NCBI RefSeq assembly: GCF_006345805.1
Contig: NC_043016.1
Location: 21,080,001-21,144,000, forward strand
Source of the DNA: Octopus sinensis
Taxonomy: Eukaryota
Length of the DNA: 64,000 nt
Direction of reading: 5' to 3'
Part shown: positions 63,101-64,000 of the stretch, piece by piece
Layout: the number at the start of each line of letters is the position of its first letter
Position numbering within the stretch: position 1 is the stretch's first letter
Made by a program: the position numbers and the translations under genes
The notes under the pieces: generated by a model
What the model saw: only the letters and a program-made list of their open reading frames with translations
What the model was told of the DNA's origin: nothing
The model's database searches: none

Positions 63101-63311
63101 GTCTAATGAATTAGCTACCCAAACGAAGAAATATTCAGATTTTGAAAAAATGTATGAAGCTTTACACTCAAATTTGCAACATAATGAAGTAGAAAATAAA
63201 GAGTTAAAAGAGCATGTTAATTCATTGAACATGCGGTTAACAGAATCACCTGAAGATAAGGTTAAATTAGAAAATAAACTCAAAGACTATCAAAATCTAT
63301 TTTTAATCACT
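44158..63311 (+). CDS. Ribosome-binding protein 1 / kinectin-like coiled-coil protein; both ends missing
   Basis: 15 exons join in frame with GT-AG sites: 44158-44244, 44958-45010, 45100-45166, 51138-51358, 52504-52541, 53129-53270, 55271-55456, 55692-55739, 56736-56905, 58542-58728, 61355-61450, 61680-61760, 61984-62043, 62171-62338, 63057-63311. DLRKKNWKAMEAL, LLQSIFPSITV and WMKTFEQKA match the recalled RRBP1/KTN1 motifs (LREKNWKAMEAL, LQRLFP). Confidence 0.8.
45489..47585 (-). mobile_element. 5'-truncated RTE LINE with its 3' UTR and (TGA)n tail
   Basis: KTGKAPGPSGIT..NNYRGIKLL..MQFGF..DMEKTFD..LYADH..CGRC..KGRLYDACV; continuous into the tail repeat at 45489-45650. Confidence 0.92.
48051..50345 (+). 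mobile_element. RTE LINE fragment interrupted by a TcMar element
   Basis: RT motifs on both sides rejoin across the insert as EEFSMQV|GVHQG. Confidence 0.88.
48584..49316. mobile_element. Tc2/pogo-like non-autonomous DNA transposon carrying a SINE insertion (48997-49224)
   Basis: TA TSDs at 48582-83 and 49317-18; TIRs ccgtaaatcctcaagtataat / attatacttgaggatttacaa. Confidence 0.85.
51138..53270 (+). CDS. RRBP1/kinectin-like exons 51138-51358, 52504-52541, 53129-53270
   Basis: VNNEKEKIEQELARIK..KYQKIIE-ENNTLKRTPPRPV-VDNSEEKKLEQK..IKELLEK. Confidence 0.85.
54585..54905 (+). mobile_element. tRNA-derived SINE (V/CORE-like body)
   Basis: A box ttgctcagtggttaggg, B box aagttcaattcc, body ttgtgttcttgagcaagacact..gctccagttcattcagctgtaaa. 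Confidence 0.7.
55271..58728 (+). CDS. RRBP1/kinectin-like exons 55271-55456, 55692-55739, 56736-56905, 58542-58728
   Basis: MKNETNAK..EIENK-DADYNEKIKEVEKELK-LVKKENNRLL..PNGDVQEEK..EHERI-LGEKNSEIMQL..WHAKND. Confidence 0.85.
58828..59130 (-). mobile_element. RTE 3'-tail repeat (young, three internal subrepeats)
   Basis: (atc)n tail; the gtgcttt subrepeat occurs three times. Confidence 0.8.
59950..61254 (-). mobile_element. 5' portion of a Tx1/L1-like non-LTR element (5' UTR plus frameshifted gag-like ORF1)
   Basis: ATG at 60871 (MAKKTNNTVLEW..); VCGLPPRIEPEWIED; PVILEG..CHLCLELGHIKKNC, a CX2CX4HX4C knuckle at 60318-60277. Confidence 0.7.
61355..63311 (+). CDS. RRBP1/kinectin-like exons 61355-61450, 61680-61760, 61984-62043, 62171-62338, 63057-63311
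   Basis: All phase 0/0; includes the DLRKKNWKAMEALNESEK signature. Confidence 0.88.
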
Positions 63312-64000
63312 GTAAGCTTCTTTCTTTCTTTTATTTATTTTTGTGGGGTTGCATATGCTGGGATCTTGTTCTAAATTTCATATTAATATATTGAGTTTTT
63401 TCTGGTAGTATGAACTGCTTAGTTTTCTAGATTTAGATAATGGCATGCATTGTTAGCATATTTTACATATGATTAGGAGTGCAGATTGTTAGCTCAGTAT
63501 ATTGAGTTCATTATTGAAATTTCTTTTATATTTCTAATGCAATATATTTCTAATACAATTCAGCTACAAAAAATACACAGTGGAAATATTTTCTGTTTTT
63601 GTATTTAGATGATTTAACTATTGATCTTAGATAATTATCTAGGAGTAAATCTGAATATTGAATTGAAAAATATATTAACCCATTTTGCATGGAAGATGGA
63701 CATACAATGACAATGGTTTTATAGCAACTGTTATAAAATGACACAGACTAGCTCACAAGCAATAACGGATATGAATGTTTGCAAAAAGTTTTTTTATCAT
63801 CATATATAATCTAGGCATTGTAACTAGGCTGGAGTAATTTTGATGATTTACTTCCAATAAAATGCAACTTAATTATTGACCCAAACTTCTAACTAAATAG
63901 ATTGCTTGTATGTAATAATAGTAACATTGATGAGCAATGTTCTATACAGCTTAAGTATGCTGTATCAAGATTGATGAACTAGTCATTTTAAGAACTGCCT

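Noticed and set aside
1-64000. CRISPR arrays, rRNA, prokaryotic operons and U12-type introns
   Set aside because: No repeat-spacer array or rRNA-like block was seen. The DNA is eukaryotic, and all splice sites found are U2-type.

Overview
AT-rich, microsatellite- and transposon-dense eukaryotic DNA. The repeat landscape looks like an octopod cephalopod; this is inferred from recall and was not tested. Three spliced genes were assembled by hand from splice sites and reading frame. (1) A SEPT6-group septin on the minus strand, with 8 coding exons from the ATG at 18581 down to 244, continuing past the window start. (2) Enolase-phosphatase E1 (ENOPH1) on the minus strand, with its last 4 exons at 40521-28361 and a GC-AG final intron. 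(3) A long coiled-coil RRBP1/kinectin-like gene on the plus strand, with 15 exons at 44158-63311, continuing past the window end. The 5' exons of genes 2 and 3 were not found and point toward a 100-N assembly gap (41974-42073). Introns and intergenic DNA carry Helitron, Tc1/mariner, foldback/MITE, RTE, Dong/R4 and Tx1/L1-like elements and tRNA-derived SINEs. The top finding is a type I minimal hammerhead ribozyme fold at 35524-35577, in sense orientation within an ENOPH1 intron. Other highlights are a young near-intact mariner with DD35D spacing, a ~1.28-kb foldback element in septin intron 1, a cluster of nested fold-back inversions at 22.8-24.0 kb, and a PHD-like finger within RTE ORFs. Most ORF-track entries are microsatellite or TE artefacts.
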